Part shown: positions 1 to 11,956 of the stretch, one piece after another | Position numbering within the stretch: the stretch's first letter is position 1 | How the letters are laid out: each line of letters starts with the position of its first letter | From: the human T2T-CHM13v2.0 reference genome, Homo sapiens | Assembly: GCF_009914755.1 (NCBI RefSeq) | Contig: NC_060934.1 | DNA length: 64,000 bases | Direction: 5' to 3' (one strand) | Position numbers and translations under genes: made by a program | Notes under the pieces: generated by a model | What the model was told of the DNA's origin: nothing | The model's input: only the letters and a program-made list of their open reading frames with translations | Databases searched by the model: none

Positions 1-154
1 GTTTTAGATAATATAATTTGCTTCTAAGTAAAATTTCAAAAACGTACTTTCCTTCTCTAAGATAATTCAGTTGCTACAAGACAAAGAGGAAGAGAAGTGG
101 TTTTGCATTACAATGCCCATAATTTTCTGGTGTAAATGCAATATATTTTACTCT

Positions 155-350
155 CATTCTGACTTCACCTCTATCTAACTGTGACTTTGGATAAATTACT
201 TAAACCCTCTCAGATTCAGCTTCCCAATTCTAAACATGGATACAGTATTATCTAACTCTTTATGAGTTTGGATAAGATAACATATGTAAAACCTGTAGAA
301 TAGTGCCTGGACATGTTGACATATGGTATATACTCAGTGCTGCTGCTATA
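155..350 (+). mobile_element. MIR SINE fragment
   Basis: Degenerate MIR core: 'tgtgactttggataaattacttaaaccctctcagattcagcttccc...tgtaaaacctgtagaatagtgcctggacat'. Confidence 0.6.
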
Positions 351-409
351 GTTTTACTGACGATTATGCTAATATTAGTTATCATTCCATTATTTCATTA
401 CATGAAAGG

Positions 410-666
410 CTATATTATATTGTGATTAACAGCACATTCTCTAAAGCCAGAATATCTGTGTTCAAATCCCAGGTTTGCCAGTTATTAGCTATGTGACTTT
501 AGACAAGCCACTTTGTCTGTTTATGTCTCAGTTTCTTCATGGGTTAAATGGGAATAATGATCATGAGGTATGAAAGCTTTTAAGAGCTCAAAATAAGTTC
601 ACATTTAAAAAGTATATAAGAAAAACTTTCTGACATTGTAAGTGCTATAAGGTTTGCCACTATTAT
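410..666 (+). mobile_element. MIR SINE, near full length
   Basis: 'gttcaaatcccaggtttgccagttattagctatgtgactttagacaagccact...ctcagtttcttcat...aaatgggaataat' matches the MIR core; 3' end 'gtaagtgctataaggtttgccactattatt'. Confidence 0.75.
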
Positions 667-1080
667 TCTCATTCTCGTAACATCACTGTCTTCTCTGTAA
701 CTGAAGATTAATTCTGAAAGAGGGAGACATTCCACTGCCACCAACGGCATGTCCCTTCCCCATATGTGTGCTGTTTTGGAGGGGATTATGTAAATTGATA
801 TATTTTTCTGGAATAGGTTAAGAATTTGACACTCTGAACTCTTGCCCTAGAGCTAACTTTAACTGCTTTAATCATCTTTAATCAATAACATACAACCAAA
901 GGAAATTTTCATAAGTCATTAAGGTAAGCCATTTGTTGACACTTGTTGACTCAGGGAATCAGTGACATTATATTCACCAGCTTGTTCACCTTTTCCTGTT
1001 GAACATTTTCTTAGGGTGGGTTCCCTGGAAATAGACCCTGGGTATGAATTCCATGTAAGTGAAATGTTAAGAAACAGTTC

Positions 1081-1137
1081 CCAGCCTGGCAACAGAGTGA
1101 GACTCCGTCAAAAACAAACAAACAAAACAAAACAAAA
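1081..1137 (+). mobile_element. Extremely 5'-truncated Alu (last ~30 nt plus A-rich tail) with 16-bp TSD
   Basis: 'ccagcctggcaacagagtgagactccgtc' followed by an A/C tail; flanked by exact aagaaacagttcccag at 1069-1084 and 1138-1153. Confidence 0.85.
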
Positions 1138-1695
1138 AAGAAACAGTTCCCAGGAGAAAAGAGTAAGAGAGAAAGAAGTAGAATAGGAAAAATGAAGAAG
1201 CCAAGCAAATGTATGATTTCAGGCAATAGTCCACTTTAGAATTTGTCCCTGCCTTAAGCAAGGTATCTGGGGTCTCATGACTCTGGTAGTTCTTATACCA
1301 GAATGTAAGCCAAATAAGCACAGAGAATATATCGGTCTCATTCATCTCTGCACTCCCTGTGAATGACATACTGCCTGCCTAATGAATGTTTTTTAAATAG
1401 CTTCAAAAAAAGAAATTTGCTCTAAAATACTAAAACACTTATATTAATTGGATACGTAACGACTTGTAGAGTTTTCTGAATGAATCTCTCCATTTGGTAA
1501 GACAAAGCTTGAGGAGGCATTAAACATATCCATGGTCAGATATCTATATAGCCCCAGGAATCTTTAGCTGGCTTTGAACAAGTTCTCTCTTGGAATACAC
1601 AAGTTTCTACCTATTCCACAGATTACTCTAAGGGAGTAAGGAAGGTTTAGAGAAAGGGAATATAACAACTAAACAAGAATTAAAAAAGAAGACAG

Positions 1696-1986
1696 GGCCA
1701 GGAGTGGTGGCTCACGCCTGTAATCCCAACATTTTGCAGGGCCAAGGCAGACAGATTACCTGAGGTCAGGAGTTCAAGACCAGCCTGACCAACATGGCGA
1801 AACCCCATCTACTAAATATACAAAAATTAGCTGGACACAGTAGCACATGCCTGTAGTCTCAGCTACTCAGGAGGCTGAGGCAGGAGAATCGCATGAACCT
1901 GGGAGGTGGGGGTTGCAGTGAGCCTAGCAGGCCACTGCACTCCTCCAGCCTGGGCAACAGAGCAAGACTCCATCTCAAAAATAAAA
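1696..1986 (+). mobile_element. Alu, AluS-type (Sx/Sq-like)
   Basis: Full dimer from ggccaggagtggtggctcacgcctgtaatccc through acctgaggtcaggagttcaagaccagcc to gactccatctcaaaa. Confidence 0.95.
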
Positions 1987-2063
1987 GACAAATGAAATGG
2001 GGAAACTAAAAGGAGAAAAACAAAAGGCAAAAAAAAATCACATCTCTATAATCTTCAACATCA

Positions 2064-3060
2064 AAATAATAATTCACATTTATTGAGTGCTTACCCTCTG
2101 CTACATGTTTTTATTTTTAAAAATTTGACAGATAACATTGTATGTATTTACATATTTTAATGAAAATTTACATACAATGTAGAACATAATCATGTACAAC
2201 TTAATGTTTCCAGTGTATATATACATTGTGGAATAGTTAACGCTACTAAATTAAGAAATGCATTACCTCACACAGCTATCATTTGTGTGGTGAGAACACT
2301 CAACATTCACTTTCTTTGCTGTCTCTTAAACTTATTCCTCCTATCTAACTGTAATTGTGTATCTTTTGACCAACTTCTACCCATCTCTCCCCACTCCCTG
2401 CCCCAGCCTCTGATAGGCACTCTTGTATTCTCTCTTTCTGCAAGATCAACTTGTTTTAGATTCCACATATGAGTGAAATAATATAGAACCAAAGGAAATT
2501 AAGATCATGTGTTTTCTTTCTGGGCCTTGCTTATTTCACTTAACATAATGTCTTCCAGGTTCATCTATGTTGTTGCAAATGGTAGAATTTCCTTCTTTGT
2601 TTGGCTGAATACTATCCCATTGTGTGTGTATATATTTGTATAACATTTTCTTCATCCATTGAATCATTTAGGTTGATTCCATATCTTGGCTATTGTGAAT
2701 AATGCTGCAACAAACATGGGAGTGCAGATATCTCTTCAACATACTGATTTCATTTTCTTTGGATGTATATACCTGTTAATGGAAATGTTGAACTATATGA
2801 TAGTTCTATTTTTAATTTTTTGAGGAACCACCATATTGTTTTCCATAATGGCTGCACTAATTTACGTGTTTTTTAAATATTTTAATCAGAGATTATTTTG
2901 AATCCACTCCATGATGTTAATAAGTATGGACTATTATTATTTATATTATAAATATGTGAAAACTGAGAAAATTGCTCAAATCATATTGTTTCAAGCAATA
3001 GAGTTTGGCTTTGAACCCATGAGGTTTGATGGTAGATCTTAACAGAATTTAACATTGCAC
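2064..3060 (-). mobile_element. MIR split by an L1MA insertion (pieces ~2064-2101 and ~2875-3060)
   Basis: Reverse MIR tail 'aataataattcacatttattgagtgcttac' upstream; 'aaaactgagaaaattgctcaaatcata...tttgaaccca' downstream. Confidence 0.55.
2113..2862 (-). mobile_element. L1MA-type LINE-1 3' fragment
   Basis: Reverse L1MA 3' end ('cattacctcacacagctatcatttgtgtggtgagaacact', 'ttggctattgtgaataatgctgcaacaaacatgggagtgcagatatctcttc'); probable TSD tacatgttttt (2102-2112) / tacgtgttttt (2863-2873). Confidence 0.85.
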
Positions 3061-3124
3061 TTTGCTGTTTTTTTTTTTACTTTCTGTCTTGCAAAGAGCT
3101 TTCATGTACATTTTCTAATGCATT

Positions 3125-3230
3125 CAAATTTTACTCTTTACAGATAAGGCAAACAAAGCTAAATGAGGCAAGTTAATTAGCCCAAAGTCACAAACCTAGT
3201 AAATGATAAGCCTCAATATCAATCCAAGTA
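3125..3230 (-). mobile_element. MIR fragment
   Basis: 'ttacagataaggcaaacaaagctaaatgaggcaagttaattagcccaaagtcacaaacctagtaaatga' is the reverse MIR core. Confidence 0.6.
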
Positions 3231-3909
3231 TTTGTATGTCACAGCTCCCATTCTTTCTAGTTTATGGAAAGAAGTTAGAGAGAAAGAGAGGAAAAAAAGC
3301 CCCTTCTCCTCCCTGCGCTCAAATGTCAATGAACCTCACCATGTGTTACACAGAGGCAATGGTCCCTTCCCCAAGGAAATTAGCTCCAAAGCTCCAAAGC
3401 TTTTCCTCCATGCAGTGACCAGTATAAGGTGATATTCTTGGGGATTAAAAGACTTTCTGGCTTTTTCTTTTAGTACTTAGTATAGTGATTTTTTTTCGGG
3501 TTGAAATAAAAATGGTTGGCATGGATTCATAAACTCTGTTAAAAGTTATTTCTGCTTGCACTGCATCCTAGATATTGGTACAAGGATTTTTTTCAGAGGT
3601 ATTGAAATAGCCTTTTGAGTATAATGCCTATTGTGTCTTAATCACAAGTCGCAGTTCATCCACAGTCCTATTTGCTAGGAAACTGTAAAGATGAAATTTT
3701 CACCACCGTATCATTCTCTATAAATGTAATCAAATCAAATGCACTGGGATTTCTGTCACTTTGGACAAGAAAGAACAGAAATCCCCTTAATTTTTCAGTT
3801 TCTTTATTTAGTCTTCTTTCTCTCTGAGATTTAGGTCATTTTGTGGGATTCGGAAAAAAATGTAATTGTTTCAAGTATAATGACAGCTATTAAATCCAAT
3901 GAGCTACCT

Positions 3910-4026
3910 TGTTACTAGAGTGGAAGTTGCTTCTGCCTGTAGTATTTGGAGAAGCTTTAAATTTGTAAATCTATTTTGCAGCTTCTCCAAATATTACAGG
4001 CAGAAGCAACTTCCACTCTAGTAACA
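3910..4026. repeat. Near-perfect inverted repeat: 47-bp arms, 23-nt spacer
   Basis: 3910-3956 is the reverse complement of 3980-4026 at 46/47 positions; the one difference is G3942:T3994. Confidence 0.97.
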
Positions 4027-4767
4027 GATTTCTCATACAAACTAAGTTTAATATGAGATCTAAAGGAAATGAGGCTTCATAGTACACTTTTGTGTTATAG
4101 CATGACACACCAGCTAATGTACACACACAATTCCAATGGGTTCCCCTTTTTTATCTAGACAGAGGCCGTTGTCTTAGAAACCAAACCACGGTTTTGTTAG
4201 GTTTCAGTGGTTGCATTTTCCTGTACATTTAAGTCCATTTTCATAATGCTTTGAATCTATATAAGAAAACCTGATCAAGCTCTCAAATTTCAGTGCTAGT
4301 CTGTGTTCATAGGTACATTGAAGCTTCCATGAATACTCAATTTATTCCTGACAGGAGATTTATTCAGTGTCGTCAACTAAAACCAAAGACATTTTGCCAG
4401 CCTTACCCAATTGCATCAGTAATACTCCATGCACTGAACAAATCTATTTTCTGATTTTGTAGAAAGGCATATGTCACTTAGAGACAAAAATTCATAAAAC
4501 GCTCAACTTTCTGAATCCAATTCAGTGTTTCCTTAAATTGCATTTGGGGCAGTCTCATGAGGAATGCATAAGTGTAAAAACAGCCTTTGGAAATAGGCAG
4601 GGATTTTAGGTGCCCTTTCTATCATTATGTTCTTTCTGTAATTATTTCCTTGGATTTTTTTTCCCATTTCTATTCCCTGAATAATGTCTCCCAATTTGGA
4701 ATTCCGGAAGAATATGCGTGCATAGCTGGTGACTCTCAAAAGTGCAGTCTTTAAACAAGATCAAGTT

Positions 4768-4900
4768 ATAGATTGTTAGAGTTTGATAGTGCCCTGGAGC
4801 CTACTTGATCCATCCGTGCCGTCTCTTAGATGGGGAAACAAAGTTCTGGAGAATTAGGGAGAGTCATCTAACCAACACTGCAAAGATAAAAGCAGAGCTG
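4768..4900 (-). mobile_element. MIR3/MIR-like fragment
   Basis: 'tagattgttagagtttgatagtgccctggag...ttagatggggaaacaaagttctggagaa...gcagagctg' resembles the reverse MIR3 core. Confidence 0.45.
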
Positions 4901-7104
4901 ATATACAAATCAGAGTAGCACCCTAATAAATATAATGATGTTAAAGGTAATATTTGCCAGGGACTATGATAACCATGTTAAATGTAAAATCATTAAATGC
5001 TGTAGTCCGGCTTTGTTAGTACTATTGTTATTTCATTTTAAATATAACAATAACCATACGAGATAGACACTATAAATGTACCATGTGTACAGATGCAAAA
5101 TAAAATTCTGGAACTTAGTTATGAGATGTGTCTGAAGCCACAAAAGTAGAGTGATGGGGCAGGCAGTGAAGCTCCAGCTGCATTCTTCCAAAGTCTGAGC
5201 CCTTCATCACTACACCTGCTTCCTCCTTCTCTGCTCTATTTTTTCTTTCCCTTCGTTTCCCCATTAAAGACCTCAAAAACATTTTCCAAAAACCGTTACT
5301 GAGCAATGGCAAAGTCAAGCCTGATTATTTTCCTCAGCTTTGTTCCCTCCCTCTTTGCTCCCTATCTGCATTGAATAACTCTTCAAAATGCAGGATGTTT
5401 TCTGAATGAACTCACAGTTGGTCAACATTATACTGTGCGGGATGGGAGTCTCCTGCCTTCCTCTAGGGCCCACCAAGTACCTTGTTGCCTTATAAGCTAG
5501 TCCAGACTTGGTCCAAAGACCCCTAGAAATCCTGTAAAGCTCATAATGTCACAACAAACTAAATTTAGGAATAAACCAGGACAAGGAGCTTGGTGGCATC
5601 ACAGCAAACTCACCCTCATGCCTAGAGAATAAGCAATATTGAATAACTTCCTAGTTAATATAAGGATAGATTTTCTTGGCTGGAATTGAGCTTAACTTCT
5701 TTTATATCCTGTTTGCTTCCCTGTTTTGCCTAATTCACAGTACAGGAAAGCCTAGGGGCACTGAGATGCTGAAATAAATGTAACCTTTTTCTGTTGGTTC
5801 AATTTGTCAGAGTTAGACTGTATCTGGTTTGTGGTATTGGCAATGTGGAAGGTAGCATTACAGAGAAACCAGTATTTACTGAATTTACAAAATGAAGAAT
5901 AAAAACTGAATTAGTTGAGTTTTTCATATCTTAATTTAAATAATGCATGTGAGGATAAAAAGGCATACCTATATTTATTCTTTGAAAAGATGAATATTTT
6001 AAAAATTTTAAATCATACAGGATGATGACTTTATCTTTCAAGGTTTTCTACTTCTGACTATATGAAAAGAAATACACATTTTTTTCCCTTTCAAATTACA
6101 GGGGATAAACTTCTCCCTGTCAGTGTGAATCATGCAAAAGCTCAGTGCTAGTCTCTTAGAAGTAATTAATCTTTGACATTCTCTTTTGAAAATTCACAAT
6201 ATTTCAGATTTATGATTCCACATGGATCTCTACAGTAGGTTACAGAAAAGAAAGCCTATTTTTTATGTTTGACACCAAAAATTCATCTGCCCAACAAATG
6301 TTGACTTCTATAATATTGTGAGGTTGCTGAGTGTGCTAATTCCTACTCCTATGAGACTTTCGATCTCATAAGCTGAATCAAATAGCTCACATTAGCTTCA
6401 GATAAAGTGTTGAAACTTGTACCAACCTCCCCAGATTCCCAAGGCCTGTCCATCATTAGTTTTAAAGCACCCATCACTTACAGTGAATTGGGTTCATTTA
6501 AAGGGTAAATGCATTTGTTATCATGCACATTTTACCCAGTGAAGTCAGAGGGGAGTTTTACTTCAAATATGTGTAAAGTCACTAAGTTTTCAACAATCAT
6601 GATATGAACTATGAAAGAAATGAAATATGCAGGACCCATAGACAGGGTGTATTAATTTTGCCTCGCTTTTTATTGTTGTAAGTGTTTCCCTGGGGGATTT
6701 TAGTTTTCTCTATCTAATGTAGGAGATCAATCAGCTTCATCAAAAGTGGTGTAAAACTACTGTGCAAAACTTTATTTTTATGTCTCTTTAAATGAAGCTT
6801 GATCCAAATGCTAATGCTGAAGTCATTTTGATACTTACAAATCTATTATCAGCTAAGAGCCACCCATGTCCCTCACCCTTTATGTAGATGATCTAGATTG
6901 TAAGATAAGTGTGATTCTGTCACTATTGTCCTAGTCATGACTGAATCAACCCTTTAAGTATCTATAAGGGCTCTCGTAGCACATTTAAAGTAAACAGGAA
7001 TGCCTCAGTAATATAAATTATGATTATGGTAAAAAAATGCTTAATATATAAAAGTTCTCTGTCTCTATCTGCTGAAAGAGAACTTAAAATGTAAAATAAT
7101 AATT

Positions 7105-8275
7105 TAAGATGATTTTCTGGATAGGCAACAAATGCAAAAATAGATAAGTGGGATTACCTTAAACTAAAAAGCCTCTGCAGAACAAAGGAAACCATCAACA
7201 AAATGAAAAGATAACCTACAGAATAGGAGAAAATATTTGTATACAATACACCTGATAAGGGGTTAACAACTCAATAGCAAGAAATCAAATTAATCAATTA
7301 AAAATGAGCAAAGGCCTTGAATAGACATTTTTCAAAAGAAGACATACAAATGGCCAAAGGTATGTGAAAAAATATTCAACATCACTAATCATTAGGGAGA
7401 TGCAAATCAAAACCACAATGAGGTATCATTTCACTCCTATTAGGATGGCTATTATAAAACAGGCAAGAGATAAGTGTTGGGGAGGATGTGGAGAAATGAC
7501 AACACTTAGACACTATTGGTAGGAATTTAAATGAATAAAGCTATTCTGAAAAACAGTATGAAAGTTTCACAAAAAATTAAAAATAGAACTGCCTACCATA
7601 TGATCCAGCAATGCTGGGTGTATATCCAAAGGAAATGAAATCAGTATGTTGAAGAGATATCTGCACTCTTACGTTTATTGCAGTGCTATTCAGAATAGCC
7701 AAGATATGGATTCAACTAAAGAGTCCATCAATGGATGAATGGATAAAGAAAATGTAGTATATAATCATAGTGGAATAATATTTAACCATAAAAAGAATGA
7801 AATTCTGTTGTTTGCAACAACTTGAATAAATCTGCAGAATATTATGAAAAGCTAAATAAGCAAGGCACAGAAATACATATACTGCATGATCTCACTCATA
7901 CGTGGAATCTTAAAAGTTGATGTCATAGAAATGGACAATACAGTGGTGGCTTACCAGAGACTGGGTGGTTAGCAGGGATGGGAGGTAGGGGTGATGTTGG
8001 TCAAAAATACATATTAATAGTTAGATAGGAGAAATAAGTTCAAGAGATCTGTGCTGACTGTAGTTAATGTTGACATATTGTATTCTTGTAAAATGCTAAG
8101 ACGATGGATGTTAAGTGTCTCATAACAAAAATGGTAACCATGGGAGGTGATGCATTTGTTAATTAGCTAGGGTTAACCATTCCACAATGTATATATACTT
8201 ATAAACATCATGTTGCATATGATGAATACATAATAATTTTATATGTCAACTTGAAAACTAAGTAAATATTAATAA
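7105..8275 (+). mobile_element. L1MA-type LINE-1 3' fragment (ORF2 end and 3'UTR)
   Basis: 'aagtgggattaccttaaactaaaaagcctctgc', 'gaagacatacaaatggcc', 'tagttagataggagaaataagttcaagagatct', then an A-rich end. Confidence 0.9.
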
Positions 8276-8439
8276 GACAGTCTTCAAAGTAATAGAGAAT
8301 TGGAGTACACAAAAAGATGAATCTATAAGGGAGAGAAAGAAGATAAATTACCTGACTGTGCTTTTCATATCTTTTCTCATGTAAGCCATCTAGGAGCAGC
8401 AAGCCTTTACTCTCCTCATTTTGTTGGAAGGCCCAGTGC

Positions 8440-8620
8440 CTCTCCTACACTTTCCTCAGCCCCCTGTTCTGTCCATAATGTCATCACACCATGCTGCAAT
8501 ATGCACTTGTCTATCTTCCCAAACAGATTTCCTGAGAGACTAGAGTTTATTCAACTCTGGATCTCCAGAGTGTAGAATAATATTTAGCATGGAGTATAAA
8601 CTTGGTAAATATTGGGAAGA
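8440..8620 (+). mobile_element. L2 3'-end fragment
   Basis: Degenerate L2 tail 'cttgtctatcttcccaaacagatttcctgagag...tctccagagtgtagaataatatttagcatggagta...taaatattgggaagaa'. Confidence 0.4.
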
Positions 8621-8847
8621 AGGGCAGAAAAAGGAAGATAAAATAAAGGATATAGGAAAGAAAAATAAAGAAGAAAAGAGAGAGGAAGTTCATGGATCAT
8701 TTATTTAAAAAACAAATTCTAGTTTTTCAGAAGAAAATTAAAAACACCAAAGTACATTGTTATAGTAAACTGATTTGAGAAGGATTATTTAATACCTAAA
8801 GACACATTTTCATGATCACAGAATAAAAGATTCAGGCTGACTCGACT

Positions 8848-10780
8848 TTCTTTTTAAAAAATTTAAGTTCTGGGATATATGTGCAGGATGTGCAGGTTTG
8901 TTACATAGGTAATTGGGTTCCATGGTGGTTTGCTGCACCTATCAACTCATCACCTAGGTATTAAGCCCTGCATGTATTGGCTATTTGCCTGATGCTCTCT
9001 GTTCACACACCACTCACCCCCTGCATGGCAGGCACCAGTGTGTGTTGTTCCCCTCCCTGTGTCCATGTGTTCCCATTGTTCAGCTCCCACTTATAAGTGA
9101 GATCATGTGGTGTTTGGTTTTCTGTTTCTGTGTTAATTTGCTGAGGATAATGGCTTCCAGCTTCATCCGTGTCCCTGCAAAGAACATGATCTCATTCCTT
9201 TTTATGGCTGCATAGTATTCCATGTTGCATATGAGCTACATTTTCTTTATCCAGTCTATTACTGATGGGCATTTGGGTTGATTCCATGTCTTTTCTGTTG
9301 TGAATAGTGCTGCAGTGAACATACATGTGCATGTATCTTTATAACAGAATGATTATATCCCTTGGGTGTACACCCAGTAATGGGATTGCTCAGTCAAATG
9401 GTATTTCTTGTTCTAGGTCTTTGAGGAATAGCAACACTATCTTCCACAATGGTTGAACTAATTTACTTTCCTATCAACAGTGTAAAAGCATTTCTATTTC
9501 TCCACAGCCTCGGCAGCATCTGTTGTTTCTTGACTTTTTAATAATCATCATTCTGACTGGCATCAGATGGTATCTCATTGTGGTTTTGATAAGCATTTCT
9601 CTAATGATCAGTGATGTTGAGCTTTTCTTCATATATTATGCTTTGAGAAGTGTCTGTTCATGTCCTTTGCCCACTTTTTAATAGGACTGTTTGGTTTTTT
9701 CTTGTAAATTTGTTTATGTTCCTTGTAGATTTTGGACATTTAGACTTTTGTTAGATGGATAGATTGCAAACATTTTCTCCTATTCTGTAATATGTCTGCT
9801 CCCTCCGATGATAGTTTATTTTGCTGTGCAGAAGCTCCTTAGTTTAATTAGATCTCATTTGTCAATTTTTGCTTTTGTTGTAATTGCTTTTGATGTTTTC
9901 ATCATGAAATTTTTGCCTGTGCCTATGTCCTGAATACTACTGCCTAGATTTTCTTCTAGGGTTTTTAGAGTTTTGAATTTTACATTTAAGTCTTTAATTG
10001 ATCTTGAGTTATTTTTGGTATAAGGTATAAGGAAGGGGTCCAGTTTCAATTTTCTGCATATGGCTAGCCAGTTTTTCCAGCACCGTTTATTAAATAGGGA
10101 ATCCTTTCTCCATTGCTTGATTTTTTTGTTTGTTGTTTTTTTTTTTTTTTTGGTCAGGTTTGTTGAAGATCAGATGATTGTAGATGTGCAGTCTTACTTC
10201 TGAGATCTGTATTCTGTTACATTGGTCTATGTGTCTGTTTTTGTACCAGTACTATCCTGCCTTGGTTACTGTAGCCTTGTAGTATAGTTTTAAGTCAGGT
10301 AGCATGATGTCTACAGCTTTGTTTTTTATGCTTAAGATTGTCTGGGCGATACAGACTCTTTTTTGGGTTCCATATGAATTTTAAAGTAGTTTTTTTCTAA
10401 TTCTGTGAAGAATGTCAGTGGTAGTTTAAGGGAAATAGCATTGAATCTATAAATTATTTGGAAAGTACGGCCTTTTTCATGGTATTGATTATTCCTATCC
10501 ATGAGCCTGGAATGTTTTTCCATTTGCTTGTATCCTCTCTGACTTCCTTAAGCAGTGGTTTGTAGTTCCCCTTGAATAGGTCCTTCACTTTTCTTGTTAC
10601 TTGTATTCCTAGGTATTTTATTCTCTTTGTGCAATTGTGAATGGGGGTTCATTCATGATTTGGCCCTCTGCTTGTCTATTGTTGATGTATAGGAATGCTT
10701 ATGATTTTTGCACATTAATTTTGTATCCTGAAACTTTGCTGAAGTTGCTAATCAGCTTAAGAAAATTTGGGGTTGAAATG
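8848..10780 (-). mobile_element. L1PA (about PA10-13) 5'-truncated LINE-1, ~1.9 kb
   Basis: Reverse 3'UTR 'gtgcaggtttgttacatagg...cacctaggtattaagccc'; ORF 9855..10049 ([24 protein letters not shown]) is the L1 ORF2 C-terminus. Confidence 0.95.
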
Positions 10781-11047
10781 GAGTTTTCACTTATATAATT
10801 ACACAATATTTCATGATCAATGTAAGAAAACAGAAAATATGATGGGCAAACAGAAGAAAAACAATACTCACAGGCTCAGAACAGTAACAAAGTCACTCTT
10901 AATGTTTTGCTGCAGAACTTTCCAGATGTTTGTTTCTCTGCATATATAAACGTGTTTATTCAGAAAATTTTAAAGAATATCATATATTTCATATATTTTT
11001 GAAACAACTTTTTTCAGTTAATAATACACTTATCAAGAAAAATAAAC

Positions 11048-11950
11048 CTCTGACTTCTAATAATAGTGGAATAGCTCTATCACTCTAAGACTTATGCAGG
11101 TAACAATTATATAATGTAGCAAAACATTCATAGGATTATTTTTGCAGGCACTGGAGAATAGCAAGTATTAGAAACTGGAGTGAAGACTACCTGTCTTAGT
11201 CTGCTTCAGCTACCATAACAAAATCCCAAAGACTGAGTGGCTTAAAAATAGACTTTTATTTCTCACAGTGCTGGAGGCTGAGAAGCCCAAGTTCAAGGTG
11301 GATTTTATTCTGAGGCTTCTTCTTTTGGCTTGTAGATGGCCACCGTCTTGCTGTGTGTTCACATGATCTCTTCTTTGTGCACTTTGGAGAAGAAAGTTAG
11401 CTCTGATAAAAAAGTTGCCTCTTCTTATAAAGACACTCATTACATCACAAGGGTTCCACTTTCATGAGCCCATCTAAACATAATTGCTTCCCAAAGCCCC
11501 TTCCCCCAAATAGCATCACATTGGGATTTGGGGCTCCAACATATATATTTTGTGGAAATAGTAGAAACATTCAATCCACAGCACTATCCCTGCAAGACAG
11601 GATTGTACCTGGTAAGACAGTTCTGAAAATGTATGTGGCTCAGGGCAGCTACTGGCCTGAGGTTTCACAGGACAGAGTTCAGTGATAAAAGCTGGCAGAC
11701 AAAAGTTAGTGGAGAAATCCAGGAAAAAGGGGTAACACAGAAGGAATGTATATAAAATCTGCTCAAATTGGACAGCTGAGCAACACAGGTGTCAGCAAGA
11801 CCCCAGTAGGTCAATTGAGAAAAGCTATGTGGAGATTTTAGTGGCAGCCCACAGACCAGGAGATAGAGTATGAAGTTAAAGTTCAGTCACATCAATTTCC
11901 TTCTAGAACAAAAACCACTCTTCAAAGGAATCTAACAGTAGCCAGAGTCT
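11048..11950 (+). mobile_element. Old L1M(E)-type 5' region, interrupted by an MLT1A LTR
   Basis: 'gcaggcactggagaatagcaagtattagaaactggag' and 'accactcttcaaaggaatctaacagtagccagagtctct' resemble ancient L1M 5' ends. Confidence 0.45.
11192..11583 (-). mobile_element. MLT1A/A0-like MaLR solo LTR
   Basis: Termini tgtcttagtc...aacattcaatccacagca; 'ttatttctcacagtgctggaggctgagaagcccaagttcaaggtg'; 5-bp TSD ctacc/ctatc. Confidence 0.85.
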
Positions 11951-11956
11951 CTGGAG

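Noticed and set aside
8808-10819. tttcatgatca on both sides of the L1PA as a TSD
   Set aside because: Both copies lie about 30 bp away from the element ends and the adjacent bases do not align; probably coincidence.
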